Positions 36,525 to 46,999 are shown, counted from the stretch's first letter. The stretch: 64,000 nt of DNA from Bacillota bacterium (GCA_050949055.1 JBMNFA010000009.1:257600-321599), one strand, 5' to 3'. The notes: generated by a model from the letters alone, not told the origin. A program made the numbers and translations.

Positions 36525-37982
36525 CTAGTTCAACAGCCGGCAGAACAGTACATGATCAATGTCCATCATGGCTGCGCTGCCTGCATCATTGGTATGGGCG
36601 AATTGCAGCCTGGCGGCGACAGCACCGCGGGGCGCGCTTTCGGTAACCCCAGCATAGACCAACCACTTGAAAGGGTCTCCTTCGCTGTCGAGCGTTTGGG
36701 CGACTAGACTGAGCCCTAAGCCGATTTCGTTGCCGGTCTGGTCCAGCCAAATCACCTTTGCCAGTCCGTTAAGGTAATCGCTGCGAGCCCTCAGTGCGAA
36801 GCTAAACAGGAAGCAATGACCGGGGGCTTTCTTCAACAAGGCATCCTGATAGATGAATTCTCCCGCTTCCAGAGCTGCATATCGTACTCCCTCGTAAGCA
36901 TCGTTCGTCGAAGGCACATCAACATTGCTGGATGTCCAGAAATCTAGCCCACTTTCAAAACCCGAATTGCTGATCAGATTGCTGGTGGCAACCCTGATCA
37001 GCCAGACCTGGTCGATGTTCAGAGGTTCCACAGCATTGAACAGGACCCGGGCTCTCACGGCACCCGCCGGAGCCGGCGTCGTCAAGCCTAAGTAGGTCAA
37101 ATAACCCCCTTGATTCTGCAGTGTGTTTTCAGGGACGGCTAAAATGAAACCTGGCGGACCAATGATCGCATCATTTCGGTTCAGCCAGAGAATCTGGACA
37201 TTAGTCTCTATTCGTTCGGTCGTGCGCAGACTAAAGCCCACCAAATAGGAAGAACCTCTCGGTTGACTGGTGATGGACACATCCTGGAAAAGCGTCGAAT
37301 TGGGCTCATCTGCTTGGGCAGCCAGAGCCCCCTCCAGGGGGAACCCGAATTCTGTGTCAAAGGTCTCCGTCGTCCAGTGATTCAAGCCAATTTCAAAACC
37401 GGAGTTTTTCAACAGGTTGGGAGTGAGAACGGGGGCCAAGATCACCTGGTCTAGCTGAATGAAACTGGCCTCGTTTCCTTCCCGCTTGCTGAACAACACC
37501 CTGGCCAAAGCGGCCTGCTCTGGCGGGCGGTCCGTGATCTCGAAATAGGTCACCCGTTCGTTTTCATTGCCTGTTGCCGAACCCGGCTCAAGATACATCC
37601 GGGTGCCATAACCGATAATCCGCCCGGTGATGTCCAACCAGGCGACCTCGACGAGCAAGTGCGGGGGCGGCACATTGCTGGTTACCTCGGAGCCACGCAG
37701 GTTGAAACTAAGAAGCAATGGATAGCCCTTTACTCCATCCAGTGAAACGTCCTGCCAGAGGCTGCCTGGGTTGGGGGACATTTTGATCATCTGGGCCCCT
37801 TCAAAAGCAAGAAAGCCGACAAGGGCGATATCCCCAAAATACTCCCAGCTGTCGAACCCCTGCTCGAAACTGGGGTTTTGCACCAGGTTGAGACAGGGCA
37901 GAGGTAGCTTACGTTTCGAACTGGCCCGTTTACTCTTCGCCATGCATTTCCCTCCTCCTCGGAGCAGTTCTCTCACGATCAC
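36525..37982 (-). CDS. protein with three tandem CBM4/9-like beta-sandwich repeats and no catalytic domain
   Basis: Each repeat opens NL(V/L)xNxxFExG...W (NLVQNPSFEQGFDSW, NLLKNSGFEIGLNHW, NLISNSGFESGLDFW). Basic N-terminus, no signal peptide. Confidence 0.5.
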   Translation of the reverse strand: MIVRELLRGGGKCMAKSKRASSKRKLPLPCLNLVQNPSFEQGFDSWEYFGDIALVGFLAFEGAQMIKMSPNPGSLWQDVSLDGVKGYPLLLSFNLRGSEVTSNVPPPHLLVEVAWLDITGRIIGYGTRMYLEPGSATGNENERVTYFEITDRPPEQAALARVLFSKREGNEASFIQLDQVILAPVLTPNLLKNSGFEIGLNHWTTETFDTEFGFPLEGALAAQADEPNSTLFQDVSITSQPRGSSYLVGFSLRTTERIETNVQILWLNRNDAIIGPPGFILAVPENTLQNQGGYLTYLGLTTPAPAGAVRARVLFNAVEPLNIDQVWLIRVATSNLISNSGFESGLDFWTSSNVDVPSTNDAYEGVRYAALEAGEFIYQDALLKKAPGHCFLFSFALRARSDYLNGLAKVIWLDQTGNEIGLGLSLVAQTLDSEGDPFKWLVYAGVTESAPRGAVAARLQFAHTNDAGSAAMMDIDHVLFCRLLN

Positions 37983-38407
37983 TGTATGCGTGTTATATCA
38001 GGAGAGTGTATCGATTGTTATAGACGAACGTGCCGTGCTGGGCAGCAGGAACGACGGCCTGCGGCGGTTTACAGCACTCCCGGACAATCTCCCCAGTCAC
38101 CTCGCCGCTTGTGCCAGCCGATAAACAAGGGCACAAAAAGGCTCTCCAGGACATACCTGGAAAGCCTTTGCTGTCGATATGAAAGCGCGAGCTAGGTTAT
38201 AGACATACTCTTGAAGCGTTTTCCCCGGCAATCACAGATCCCGCCGCGGCGGCCCATTCCTTGACCTTTCAATGGAAGGATAATCGTGGTAGCCGCCCTG
38301 GTGAGCATATTCCCCTGCAACCACAGGGAACCCCATCTGCAACCCTTCCTGGAAAGCATGCTCTAGCTAGTCTTGGCTAAGTGTAGAGCGGCACGATGCT
38401 TTTTTGG

Positions 38408-39046
38408 TCACTGCGGTTTACGGGCCAACACCCAAAGGTGCTGTTCAGCGCTGCCCGCCTGTGATTCGTCAGCCACGTGGAGCAGCGTGAATCCGCATTC
38501 GCGCAACATGCACAAATTGGTTTCTGCATCATAATGGCTCCAGGCCATCTGCGCTCCTCCACACCAACCGTCTTCTGTGTCCATCTCGCCGCTGGAACGG
38601 ACCCCGACGGTGACCAGCAACATCCCTTCCGGCTTGAGCAGCCGGTAAGCCTGCTGCAACAAGCCTGCATGTTCGCTGCGGGGAAGGTGAAAGATGGCGT
38701 AAAGCGACAGCAGGCCATGGTAGGCATCCTGGCCAAAATCCAGGCGGGAGAAATCGCCCAGTATGAACTTGCCCGCTGGAACATTCAACCTGGCCAAGGC
38801 TACGTGTTTCTCCGCAATATCCACTCCGGTAACGGAGAAGCCCAGCTGTACCAACCAGCGGTCGTAAGGAACCCCCGTACCTGCCCCCCAGTCCAGGACG
38901 CGTCCACCAGCGGGCAAAGCCGCTGCAAAGCTCTGCATAAACGGCTCTGCCCACGGGTCGATGCTCGCTTCTTTGCGATAATAAGCGGCGTAGTCCCCAG
39001 TTTCATAACCCACACGCACGATGCTTCGCATATCCTGCTTAGTCAA
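38408..39046 (-). CDS. class I SAM-dependent methyltransferase
   Basis: Motif I VLDWGAGTGV, motif post-I VTGVDIAE, LLKPEGMLL. Confidence 0.85.
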   Translation of the reverse strand: MTKQDMRSIVRVGYETGDYAAYYRKEASIDPWAEPFMQSFAAALPAGGRVLDWGAGTGVPYDRWLVQLGFSVTGVDIAEKHVALARLNVPAGKFILGDFSRLDFGQDAYHGLLSLYAIFHLPRSEHAGLLQQAYRLLKPEGMLLVTVGVRSSGEMDTEDGWCGGAQMAWSHYDAETNLCMLRECGFTLLHVADESQAGSAEQHLWVLARKPQ

Positions 39047-39392
39047 GTCTTATACCTCCCTTAAGCGGTATCTTGTGGTCGCACGCGCAGCGATGTTCCT
39101 GTTCAGCTGTCGCAATATCCTGCCGAAATCCCTGGGTCGCATGGAAGCGGAACTGCGACATCGGTCCAAACGATCCACGGAATGTCTCCCTGTTGCTGAA
39201 TATAAACGGTGGTCAGAAGCAGTTGCTTCGCATGCAATGTCATCTGCTTCTCTCTTGTCTCGCACATTCCACATGAAACGTAAAGACTCCTGTTTGCGCT
39301 CAGTCAAATGTGACTCGTTCGCATCCCTTGCATAATTTCGCCGTCAAATCGTTGGCGTGGTGCCACAGCCGCGCCCGTTTTGTCTTAGAACA

Positions 39393-39427
39393 TGAAAAAA
39401 GGCCCTTCGGGAAATGCCCGAAAAGCC
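39393..39427 (-). terminator. rho-independent terminator following tRNA-Ser(GGA)
   Basis: Minus-strand GGCUUUUCGGGCAUUUCCCGAAGGGCC followed by UUUUUU. Confidence 0.7.
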
Positions 39428-39434
39428 TTCTAGT

Positions 39435-39527
39435 TCGATATAAATGGCGGAGAGGGCGGGATTCGAACCCGCGATGCAACTTTCGCCGCATACTCGATTT
39501 CCAGTCGAGCGCCTTCGACCAGCTCAG
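39435..39527 (-). tRNA. tRNA-Ser (anticodon GGA), CCA encoded
   Basis: Folded by hand: 7-bp acceptor GGAGAGG/CCUCUCC, anticodon loop CUGGAAA, long variable arm, T-loop GGUUCGAAUCC, 3' GCCA. Confidence 0.85.
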
Positions 39528-39791
39528 CCACCTCTCCGTGTTTACGGGGTTGTTATGAGGCATTGGTCTCTCCTCAGAACCGTCACAAATCCATTCGATT
39601 TGGCACTTGCACGCTCAAACAGTATACCGCACAGGCACTGTCATGTCAATGTCCACTGTCTTCCACCAGGCGCGTTGCTTTATCAAACAGACAGCGTCTG
39701 CTGTTGTAGCTGCAGCTTCAGCGGTTTATAACTTGTGTCTTTAGTGTAAGTCCCATTTACGGGAGTATTCAAGTTTTTTTGGAAGCAGCTT

Positions 39792-41462
39792 TTGCGTTGG
39801 GCTCGTAAACTGGTGAATATTTCCATGCAGGAAGTTTTGTCTCGTAAAATCGGTCTCTTGCTCATGGTCACTCTCATCGTGCTGACTCTTGTGCTAAGCG
39901 GCTGCAGCCAAAGCACCAGCACTGAGGATGAACCAAAGGACAAAATCGTACGCATCGCGCAGTGGAACCCGCCTACCGGTCTGTTCCATCCGGAGCTCCT
40001 GACATCAGATTACGACAGCTCAGTAGCCTCCCTGATTTATGAGTCTCTGGTAGAGATGAGCCCCAGCCTCGAGTTCATTCCTGCTTTGGCAGACGAGTGG
40101 ATCGTTTCAGAGGATAACCTGAGCGTTACCTTCAAGATCAATCCGGATGCCAAGTGGCATGATGGCCAGCCAGTGACCGCTGAGGATGTCAAGTTCTCTC
40201 TGATGTTTGTCGGACATAAGGATTACACCGGCCCCCGCTATTCTAACGTGGAGCCCATCCTCGGCATGCCGGAATACCATGCTGGCACAGCTGATGATGT
40301 TGCCGGTATCGAGATTATTGACGAGAAGACCGTCAAAATCACTACCGCTAAGCCCTTCGGCCCCTTCCTGCTTAATATCGGTGGACGTTATGTCATGCCG
40401 AAGCATATCTGGGGTGAGGTGGCCGTGGCCACCGCTGACCAGGAGCGCGGACTGATGGAGAACCCCGTCGGCAGCGGCCCCTTCGTCTTCAAGGAATTCG
40501 CCAAAGACCAATATGTTGCCTTGGAAGCCAATAAGGATTACTATCGCGGCGCTCCCAAGATTGACGGCATCGTCATTCAGGCCGTTTCTCAAGACACCGC
40601 TCAGGCCCAGTTGCTGAAGGGTGAGATCGACATTATGTCGGTCAGTGACTTCAACCCGGATGGATTGAAGGCTCTCACCGACGCGGGCGTGCAAATCAAG
40701 ACGGCTGGCCTGGTGGCGGTTCAGTACATGGGCGTCAACCACAGGAACCCTGACTTCCAGAACAAGCTGGTTCGCCAAGCTATGGCCCACGCCATCAACC
40801 GCCAGAGCATCGTCGACGACCTGCTCTACGGTAAGGGCAACGTTGCTGACAATCCGTTCCCAAAGACGATCTGGGCTTACCCGGGCGACGACGCCATCAA
40901 GCATTACGAATATAATCCTGAGCGTGCCATCGAGCTGTTCCAGGAAGCCAGTTACGAGTACAAGGATGGCACGATGACCAAAGACGGCAAGCCGGTCAAG
41001 TGGACCTTGAAGTACCCGGTCGGCAACAAGGTGCGCGAGCGCGCCGCCGAGCTGATTCAGCAAAACATGAAGGATATCGGCGTTGAGATCGAGCTGATGT
41101 TGCTGGAGTTCCAGGCGCTCTCGGATGCCGCCGCAGCCGGCGATTTCGATCTCTTCCTGATGGGCATGGGTACCAGCTTTGACGCCGACCAGCTGTACAT
41201 CTGGGGCCCTGGTGCTACTTTCAACTATTGTGGATTCCGGAGCGAAGAAGGCGACGCGCTGCTACAGCAGGGTGCCAGCATCGTTGACATCGAAGAACGC
41301 AAACCGATCTACAAGGAATGGGCTCTCTACATGAACGACCAGATTCCAAACGTCTGGCTGTACAACTGGGATGGCGGCCTCGCCGTTAGCCCGCGCCTGC
41401 AGGGTGTCGAATACTTTGCCGGTGGCAGCTACCACGACATCATCAACTGGGAGATCAAGTAG
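39792..41462 (+). CDS. oppA: ABC transporter substrate-binding lipoprotein, family 5 (oligopeptide/nickel, OppA-like)
   Basis: Lipobox LVLSGCSQ. Family-5 SBP length and motifs. Start could be the internal ATG at 39825. Confidence 0.8.
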   Translation: MRWARKLVNISMQEVLSRKIGLLLMVTLIVLTLVLSGCSQSTSTEDEPKDKIVRIAQWNPPTGLFHPELLTSDYDSSVASLIYESLVEMSPSLEFIPALADEWIVSEDNLSVTFKINPDAKWHDGQPVTAEDVKFSLMFVGHKDYTGPRYSNVEPILGMPEYHAGTADDVAGIEIIDEKTVKITTAKPFGPFLLNIGGRYVMPKHIWGEVAVATADQERGLMENPVGSGPFVFKEFAKDQYVALEANKDYYRGAPKIDGIVIQAVSQDTAQAQLLKGEIDIMSVSDFNPDGLKALTDAGVQIKTAGLVAVQYMGVNHRNPDFQNKLVRQAMAHAINRQSIVDDLLYGKGNVADNPFPKTIWAYPGDDAIKHYEYNPERAIELFQEASYEYKDGTMTKDGKPVKWTLKYPVGNKVRERAAELIQQNMKDIGVEIELMLLEFQALSDAAAAGDFDLFLMGMGTSFDADQLYIWGPGATFNYCGFRSEEGDALLQQGASIVDIEERKPIYKEWALYMNDQIPNVWLYNWDGGLAVSPRLQGVEYFAGGSYHDIINWEIK

Positions 41463-41642
41463 GATAGCCACCCAGCTAAGTTTTTCGCGAGTGAATAAGG
41501 AATGCGCCAGAAAGCCCTCTGCCGAGGGCTTTCTGGCTAACGCGAAGAAACAAGACTAGCCCTATTCTCTGCCAGGGTTTTTGCGGGTAAGGACTCCTTC
41601 CCTTTGTCTCACCTGTTTTATCAATCCCACGATCGCGAGGTG

Positions 41643-42617
41643 ATGCATTTGCGCACTTACCTGATTCGCCGGCTACTCTTGATGATTCCGGTGATCGTCG
41701 GCATCTCGATCATCATCTTCACCTTGATCAATATCGCCCCAGGCGACCCGTACCGCAGCATGCTGGAGACGAACCCGAACATCTCAGCCGAGGATTACGA
41801 GAACATGCTGCGGCATATTGGCTATTACGACCCGCTGCCGGTGAAGTACTTCAAGTGGGTGGGGCAGCTATTAACCGGCAACCTGGGCTACTCCATCAGC
41901 AGCAAGGAACCTATTGCCGACCTGTTGCCGCGCCGCCTTTTCAACACGCTGCTGCTCTCGCTGCCGGCGCTGATCCTCAGCACCCTGATTGCCGTGCCGC
42001 TGGGCGTGCTTTCGGCTACCCGGCAATACTCGCGCCTGGACTATTTCTTGTCTATTCTAGCGTTCATAGGGATCTCGATACCGGCCTTTTTCTTAGCACT
42101 GCTGTTCATCAAGTTTATCGCCTTTGACCTGGGACTGTTCCCTATCCAGGGCATCTCCACCGTCGCCTCCGGCTTCACCGGTTTCCGCCTGCTGCTCGAC
42201 CGCCTCTACCACATGGTGCTGCCGGTGGCCGTCCTCACTGGGGTGCAGGTGGCCTCTCGCATGCGCTATACTCGGTCGGCCATGCTGGAGGTAATCGGAC
42301 AAGACTTTATCCGTACCGCCCGCGCCAAGGGCCTGTCCGAGCGGAAGGTGATTTACAAACACGCGCTGCGCAACGCCCTCATTCCGGTGATTACCGTGCT
42401 CAGCATGTCGCTCGGCACGATTCTCTCCGGGGCCGTGCTTACTGAAACCGTGTTTATGTGGCCGGGGATGGGGACCATGGTTTACACAGCCATCTCCAAC
42501 CGCGACTATCCCGTGGTCATGGCCGGGGCGATGGTGCTGGCCGTCGTCATGCTGTTCGCCAACCTATTGGCCGACGTGATGTACGCCGTGGTCGACCCTC
42601 GCATTCGCTATGACTAA
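41643..42617 (+). CDS. oppB: ABC oligopeptide-type permease (OppB/DppB family)
   Basis: MHLRTYLIRRLLLMIPV N-terminus and an EAA-like loop. ATG 41643 chosen over the upstream TTG. Confidence 0.85.
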   Translation: MHLRTYLIRRLLLMIPVIVGISIIIFTLINIAPGDPYRSMLETNPNISAEDYENMLRHIGYYDPLPVKYFKWVGQLLTGNLGYSISSKEPIADLLPRRLFNTLLLSLPALILSTLIAVPLGVLSATRQYSRLDYFLSILAFIGISIPAFFLALLFIKFIAFDLGLFPIQGISTVASGFTGFRLLLDRLYHMVLPVAVLTGVQVASRMRYTRSAMLEVIGQDFIRTARAKGLSERKVIYKHALRNALIPVITVLSMSLGTILSGAVLTETVFMWPGMGTMVYTAISNRDYPVVMAGAMVLAVVMLFANLLADVMYAVVDPRIRYD

Positions 42618-42632
42618 GAAGGAGGTGGCCCC

Positions 42633-43541
42633 ATGACTAATCCGATCATTCCTAAACCAGCAGCTGCTAAATCGGCGGCCACAGCCAACCGCGGGCTATC
42701 TCCCTTTGCCATCGCCTGGGCCCGATTCAAAAAGAACCGCTTGGCCAAGGTGATGGCCTGCGTGGTCCTCTTCTTGGTGTTCCTGGCTCTGGCTGCGCCC
42801 CTGATATCGCCTTATGACCGCGATACACCTGACCTGAAGCAGCGCTATAAGCCGCCATCGGCCGAGCATTGGCTGGGCACCGATGAGATGGGCCGCGACG
42901 TGCTTACCCGGTTGATTTATGGTGCCCAGGCATCCCTGTCGGTCGGCCTGGTCTCCACCGGCATCTCCATCGTCATCGGCGTCACGTTGGGCGCTATCTC
43001 CGGCTACTTCGGCGGCTGGATTGACAACATCATCATGCGCCTAGTGGATATCTTCATGTGTTTCCCGTTCTTCCTGATGGCCGTGGTGATGGCAGCTGTG
43101 CTTGGCCCGGGCATCAGCACCGTGATGATTGTCTCTGGCGTGCTCAGCTGGCCGGGGCTAGCCCGCATCGTGCGTGCCGAGGTGCTGTCCATCAAACAGC
43201 GCGAGTTCGTGGAAGCAGCCCACGCCCTGGGCATCTCCAATTGGGCGATTATTACGCGCCACGTACTGCCAAATAGTTTCGCGGTGCTGGTGGTCTACGC
43301 CACCCTGGGCATCGCCGGTGGTATCCTGGGCGAAGCTGGCTTGAGCTACCTCGGGCTGGGAGTGAAGATGCCCATGCCCAGCTGGGGCAACATGCTGCAG
43401 TCGGCGCAGAACTTCACTTCACTGGTCAATTATCCTTGGCTCTGGATTCCCCCCGGCATCATGATTCTGGTCACGGTGCTATCCATCAATATCCTGGGCG
43501 ACGGCTTGCGGGATGCCCTCGACCCAAAACTGAAGAAGTAG
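42633..43541 (+). CDS. oppC: ABC oligopeptide-type permease (OppC/DppC family)
   Basis: ORF track. Typical OppC topology and EAA loop. Confidence 0.85.
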   Translation: MTNPIIPKPAAAKSAATANRGLSPFAIAWARFKKNRLAKVMACVVLFLVFLALAAPLISPYDRDTPDLKQRYKPPSAEHWLGTDEMGRDVLTRLIYGAQASLSVGLVSTGISIVIGVTLGAISGYFGGWIDNIIMRLVDIFMCFPFFLMAVVMAAVLGPGISTVMIVSGVLSWPGLARIVRAEVLSIKQREFVEAAHALGISNWAIITRHVLPNSFAVLVVYATLGIAGGILGEAGLSYLGLGVKMPMPSWGNMLQSAQNFTSLVNYPWLWIPPGIMILVTVLSINILGDGLRDALDPKLKK

Positions 43542-43554
43542 GGAGGGCTCACCG

Positions 43555-44541
43555 ATGGCACTATTGGAAATCCGCGACCTGCACGTGGGCTTTCGCTCTG
43601 AAGATGGCATTGTGCCCGCGCTGCGCGGTGTAGATATTACCCTGGAAAAAGGCCAAGTGCTCGGCCTGGTGGGCGAATCAGGCTGCGGCAAGAGCGTCAC
43701 CAGTCTGGCCATCATGGGCTTGCTGCCTCAACCAAATGGCCTGGTCACTGGCGGTGAGATTATTTTCAACGGCAGAAACCTGCTAGAATACACCCATGAC
43801 GAAATGCGGAGGGTACGCGGCAACGAGATCTCGATGATCTTCCAGGAACCGATGACCGCCCTGAACCCGGTGTTTCGCATCGGCGAGCAGATCGGCGAAG
43901 TACTGGAAGAACACCAACGGCTGCCACTAAAGAGCGCCCAGAATCGCCACCGCTGCATCGAACTGCTGGAAATGGTGCGCATCCCGCGGGCAGATAAGTT
44001 GGTGGACGAATACCCGCATCAACTTTCCGGTGGCATGCGCCAAAGGGTGATGATTGCCATGGCCCTGGCCTGCAATCCGCGGCTGTTGATTGCGGACGAG
44101 CCGACCACCGCCCTGGATGTGACCATTCAGGCCCAAGTGCTGGATCTGATGCGCGGCCTGAAATCCGAACTCGACACCGCCGTGCTGTTTGTCACCCACG
44201 ACTTGGGTGTTATCTCCGAGATGGCCGATATGGTGGCTGTGATGTATGCTGGCAAGATTGTGGAACAGGCTGAGGTGCACACCCTGCTGACCAAACCACA
44301 GCACCCCTACACCATCGGTCTGATTAAGTCGCGCCCAGCCACCCTGCAGCGTGGCGAAGCGCTGTATTGCATCCCCGGTATGGTTCCAGCTGCCAATGCC
44401 ATGCCCCCCGGCTGCGCCTTTGCGCCTCGCTGTTCCTACGCCACCGCCGCCTGCAGCCAGAACGACAACATTCCGCTGCGGCAGGTGGAAGAGGGGCATC
44501 AGGTGCGCTGCATCCATTTGGAAAGGGGGCTATGTTCATGA
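43555..44541 (+). CDS. oppD: ABC oligopeptide-type ATPase (OppD)
   Basis: [21 protein letters not shown]-terminal oligopeptide-ABC extension. Confidence 0.9.
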   Translation: MALLEIRDLHVGFRSEDGIVPALRGVDITLEKGQVLGLVGESGCGKSVTSLAIMGLLPQPNGLVTGGEIIFNGRNLLEYTHDEMRRVRGNEISMIFQEPMTALNPVFRIGEQIGEVLEEHQRLPLKSAQNRHRCIELLEMVRIPRADKLVDEYPHQLSGGMRQRVMIAMALACNPRLLIADEPTTALDVTIQAQVLDLMRGLKSELDTAVLFVTHDLGVISEMADMVAVMYAGKIVEQAEVHTLLTKPQHPYTIGLIKSRPATLQRGEALYCIPGMVPAANAMPPGCAFAPRCSYATAACSQNDNIPLRQVEEGHQVRCIHLERGLCS

Positions 44542-45527
44542 CTACCCCGTTGATCACCGTACAAAATCTGAAAAAGTGGTTTCCCATCACCGGCGGTATC
44601 TTTTCCCGCCATGTGGGTGACGTCAAGGCAGTGGATGGCGTCAGCTTCCACATCAACCGCGGTGAGATCTTTGGCCTGGTGGGCGAATCCGGCTGCGGCA
44701 AATCCACCATTGGGCGCAGCATCCTGCGCCTGACCCAGCCCACAGCTGGCCGCGTCACCTATGAGGAGAAGGTCATCTTCGACGTGGAGCAGCGCCAATA
44801 CCTGCCTGGCGCAGAGATGCGCCTCTTGCGCCGCAACATGCAGATCATCTTCCAGGACCCCTTTGCCTCGCTCGACCCGCGCATGAATGTGGGTGCCATC
44901 GTGGCCGAGGGGTTGATCTCCCATGGCATTGCTAAAGGCAAAGCCGCCTTTGAGCAGGCCCAGGAGCTGCTGCAGTTGTGCGGCCTGCCGGCTGAATCAG
45001 TCTACAAATATCCGCACGAGTTCAGTGGCGGTCAGCGCCAGCGCATTTCCATCGCTCGCTCTCTGGCTTTCCACCCGGCTTTCGTCGTCGCGGACGAGCC
45101 GATTGCCGCCCTGGACGTTTCCATTCAGGCGCAGATTTTGACTCTGATGCAGGAACTGAAGCAGCAGCTGGGGCTGACCTATCTCTTCATTTCGCACGAC
45201 CTGGGGGTGGTACGCTATTTCTGCGATCGCATCGCTGTCATGTACCTCGGCACCTTCGTGGAGACTGGCAGCAGCGACCAGCTCTTTGATAACCCACTGC
45301 ACCCCTATACGAGGGCGCTGCTTTCCGCCATGCCGGACATCGACCAAGGTAGACGCAAGGAGCGTATCATCCTGCAGGGCAACGTTCCCAGCCCCGCCAA
45401 CCCGCCCAGGGGCTGCAAGTTCCACACCCGCTGCCCGGTGGCCCGGCCCGAATGCTCCCAGGAAGTGCCGCAGTTGCGCGAGCTCGACGCTGGGCACTCA
45501 GTTGCGTGCCTGTTCGCGGGCCGATGA
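44532..45527 (+). CDS. oppF: ABC oligopeptide-type ATPase (OppF)
   Basis: ATG 44532 ([15 protein letters not shown]) after a [28 protein letters not shown]. Confidence 0.9.
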   Translation: MFMTTPLITVQNLKKWFPITGGIFSRHVGDVKAVDGVSFHINRGEIFGLVGESGCGKSTIGRSILRLTQPTAGRVTYEEKVIFDVEQRQYLPGAEMRLLRRNMQIIFQDPFASLDPRMNVGAIVAEGLISHGIAKGKAAFEQAQELLQLCGLPAESVYKYPHEFSGGQRQRISIARSLAFHPAFVVADEPIAALDVSIQAQILTLMQELKQQLGLTYLFISHDLGVVRYFCDRIAVMYLGTFVETGSSDQLFDNPLHPYTRALLSAMPDIDQGRRKERIILQGNVPSPANPPRGCKFHTRCPVARPECSQEVPQLRELDAGHSVACLFAGR

Positions 45528-45739
45528 GAGACCCTGAAGCAATGAGGTCGCTTCCTAAGGCTCCACGTGCCCGCGACTCGCATTGTAACCCCACTCCCGC
45601 GGATGATTACCGCCGCATTACCTGGCGCGAGTTCATCCAGCTCTGCCTGGCTATGTATCGTCAGGTGATTCCTGGCGTGCTGGTGCTCAGCGGTCTGCTG
45701 GTCGCCGTGATGTTGCTGCTTTGCTGGCTGATGAAATGA
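45524..45739 (+). CDS. possible 71-aa small membrane protein translationally coupled to oppF (ATGA overlap)
   Basis: Its ATG overlaps the oppF stop. C-terminal hydrophobic helix VIPGVLVLSGLLVAVMLLLCWLM. No homology support. Confidence 0.25.
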   Translation: MRDPEAMRSLPKAPRARDSHCNPTPADDYRRITWREFIQLCLAMYRQVIPGVLVLSGLLVAVMLLLCWLMK

Positions 45740-45772
45740 CGTTCCGCGACCGATTGGATAAAAACAAATAAA

Positions 45773-45810
45773 GGATCCGAAGTCTTGCCACTTCGGATCC
45801 TTTTGTTTTG
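45773..45810. terminator. bidirectional rho-independent terminator (GGATCCGAAG-loop-CTTCGGATCC, T-run on one side, A-run on the other)
   Basis: Closes the opp operon on the plus strand and the tRNA-Ser(CGA)/tadA transcript on the minus strand. Confidence 0.8.
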
Positions 45811-45841
45811 TGCTAAAACTTGAAAGCAATGTTAAATTATC

Positions 45842-45932
45842 TGGCGGAGAGAGAGAGATTCGAACTCTCGGAGCAGGGTCACTGCTCACCCGCTTTCGAG
45901 GCGGGCGCCTTAAACCACTCAGCCATCTCTCC
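45842..45932 (-). tRNA. tRNA-Ser (anticodon CGA), CCA encoded
   Basis: Acceptor GGAGAGA/UCUCUCC, anticodon loop CUCGAAA, long variable arm, GCCA end. Confidence 0.8.
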
Positions 45933-45933
45933 G

Positions 45934-46398
45934 CTAAGTGTTTTGACGCAGTTCCAGGAAAAACTTGCGCAGGAGCTGGCTGCTGGCATCCGCCAATACG
46001 TCAGGAATCACTTCCACCTGGTGGTTCAACCGTTGGTGTTGCACCAGGTTCAGCACACTGCCGCAAGCGCCTGCCTTGGGATCGGCTGCCGCATAAACCA
46101 AGGTAGGAATGCGGGCCAAAACGATGGCACCGGCGCACATGGCGCAGGGCTCCAGCGTGACGTAGAGGGTGCAACGGGTTAAGCGCCACCCACCCAGATG
46201 CTGATTGGCCAATCGAATGGCTAGCAACTCGGCGTGGGCCGTGGCATCGTGGGTCGTCTCGCGCAGGTTATGCGCTCTGGAGATGATCTCACCGTCGCGC
46301 ACGATCACCGCACCGATAGGCGTTTCACCAAGGGCGTAGGCTAACTTGGCCTCGTTCAGTGCCTCGCGCATGAAAAGCTTGTGTTGCTCCACGCGCAA
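45934..46398 (-). CDS. tadA: tRNA-specific adenosine(34) deaminase TadA
   Basis: HAELLAI...LYVTLEPCAMCAGAI (CDA zinc motif HAE...PCxxC), 154 aa. TTG start with AGAGGG SD. Confidence 0.88.
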   Translation of the reverse strand: MRVEQHKLFMREALNEAKLAYALGETPIGAVIVRDGEIISRAHNLRETTHDATAHAELLAIRLANQHLGGWRLTRCTLYVTLEPCAMCAGAIVLARIPTLVYAAADPKAGACGSVLNLVQHQRLNHQVEVIPDVLADASSQLLRKFFLELRQNT

Positions 46399-46498
46399 AA
46401 CCCCTCTTTCGCTGCCGAAATTCGTGCGCTACGCACAGACAGCTCTAATTCAAGTTGCAGAAGTGCCTATATGCAGACCATTGAAGGTTAACTGCCAG

Positions 46499-46574
46499 TG
46501 GTGCACCCGGAGGGAATCGAACCCCCGACACGCGGTTTAGGAAACCGCTGCTCTATCCCCTGAGCTACGGATGC
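46499..46574 (-). tRNA. tRNA-Arg (anticodon CCU)
   Basis: 76-nt cloverleaf, anticodon loop UUCCUAA, CCA encoded. Confidence 0.85.
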
Positions 46575-46661
46575 AAGCCATCAAAGAAAACAAAAAACAT
46601 TTGCCGCCCAGAAAAAGAAAAGCGAAACAAAAAGAACCGTCCCTTTTGTTTCAGTAAGGAG

Positions 46662-46738
46662 TGGCGCGCCCGGCAGGATTCGAACCTGCGACCACCGGAT
46701 TCGTAGTCCGTTACTCTATCCAGCTGAGCTACGAGCGC
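46662..46738 (-). tRNA. tRNA-Arg (anticodon ACG; the TadA substrate)
   Basis: 77-nt cloverleaf, anticodon loop CUACGAA, CCA encoded. Confidence 0.85.
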
Positions 46739-46746
46739 ATGAGAAA

Positions 46747-46841
46747 TGGCGGAGAGGGCGGGATTCGAACCCGCGACACAGGTTTAAGCCCGTGTAATCG
46801 CTTAGCAGGCGACCGCCTTCGACCTACTCGGCCACCTCTCC
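46747..46841 (-). tRNA. tRNA-Ser (anticodon GCU)
   Basis: 95 nt, long variable arm, anticodon loop CUGCUAA, GCCA end. Confidence 0.85.
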
Positions 46842-46910
46842 GCATCGCCTAACTATCATAGCACAGAATGGGGTTGCCTTCAACTGCAACCTTCTGGCAG
46901 CAGATAGTAA

Positions 46911-46999
46911 TGGCGGAGAGAGAGGGATTCGAACCCCCGGTCCCTTGCGGGATCACTAGTTTTCAAGACTAGCGCCATAAACCGCTCGGCCATCTCTCC
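46911..46999 (-). tRNA. tRNA-Ser (anticodon UGA)
   Basis: 89 nt, anticodon loop CUUGAAA, 7/5 acceptor/T arms so not tRNA-Sec, GCCA end. Confidence 0.85.

Noticed and set aside
40107-41063. 318-aa minus-strand ORF
   Set aside because: Antisense to the oppA substrate-binding protein gene.
44367-44531. Upstream extension of oppF proposed by the ORF track (start 44367)
   Set aside because: The extension overlaps the oppD coding end and translates to Arg/Cys-rich junk. The conserved OppF N-terminus begins at ATG 44532 after a G-rich SD.
46911-46999. tRNA-Ser(UGA) as a possible tRNA-Sec (selC) for the nearby selenoprotein
   Set aside because: The anticodon is UGA (reads UCA), not UCA, and the acceptor/T-stem geometry is the standard 7/5, not the 8/5 of tRNA-Sec. 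It is an ordinary serine isoacceptor.
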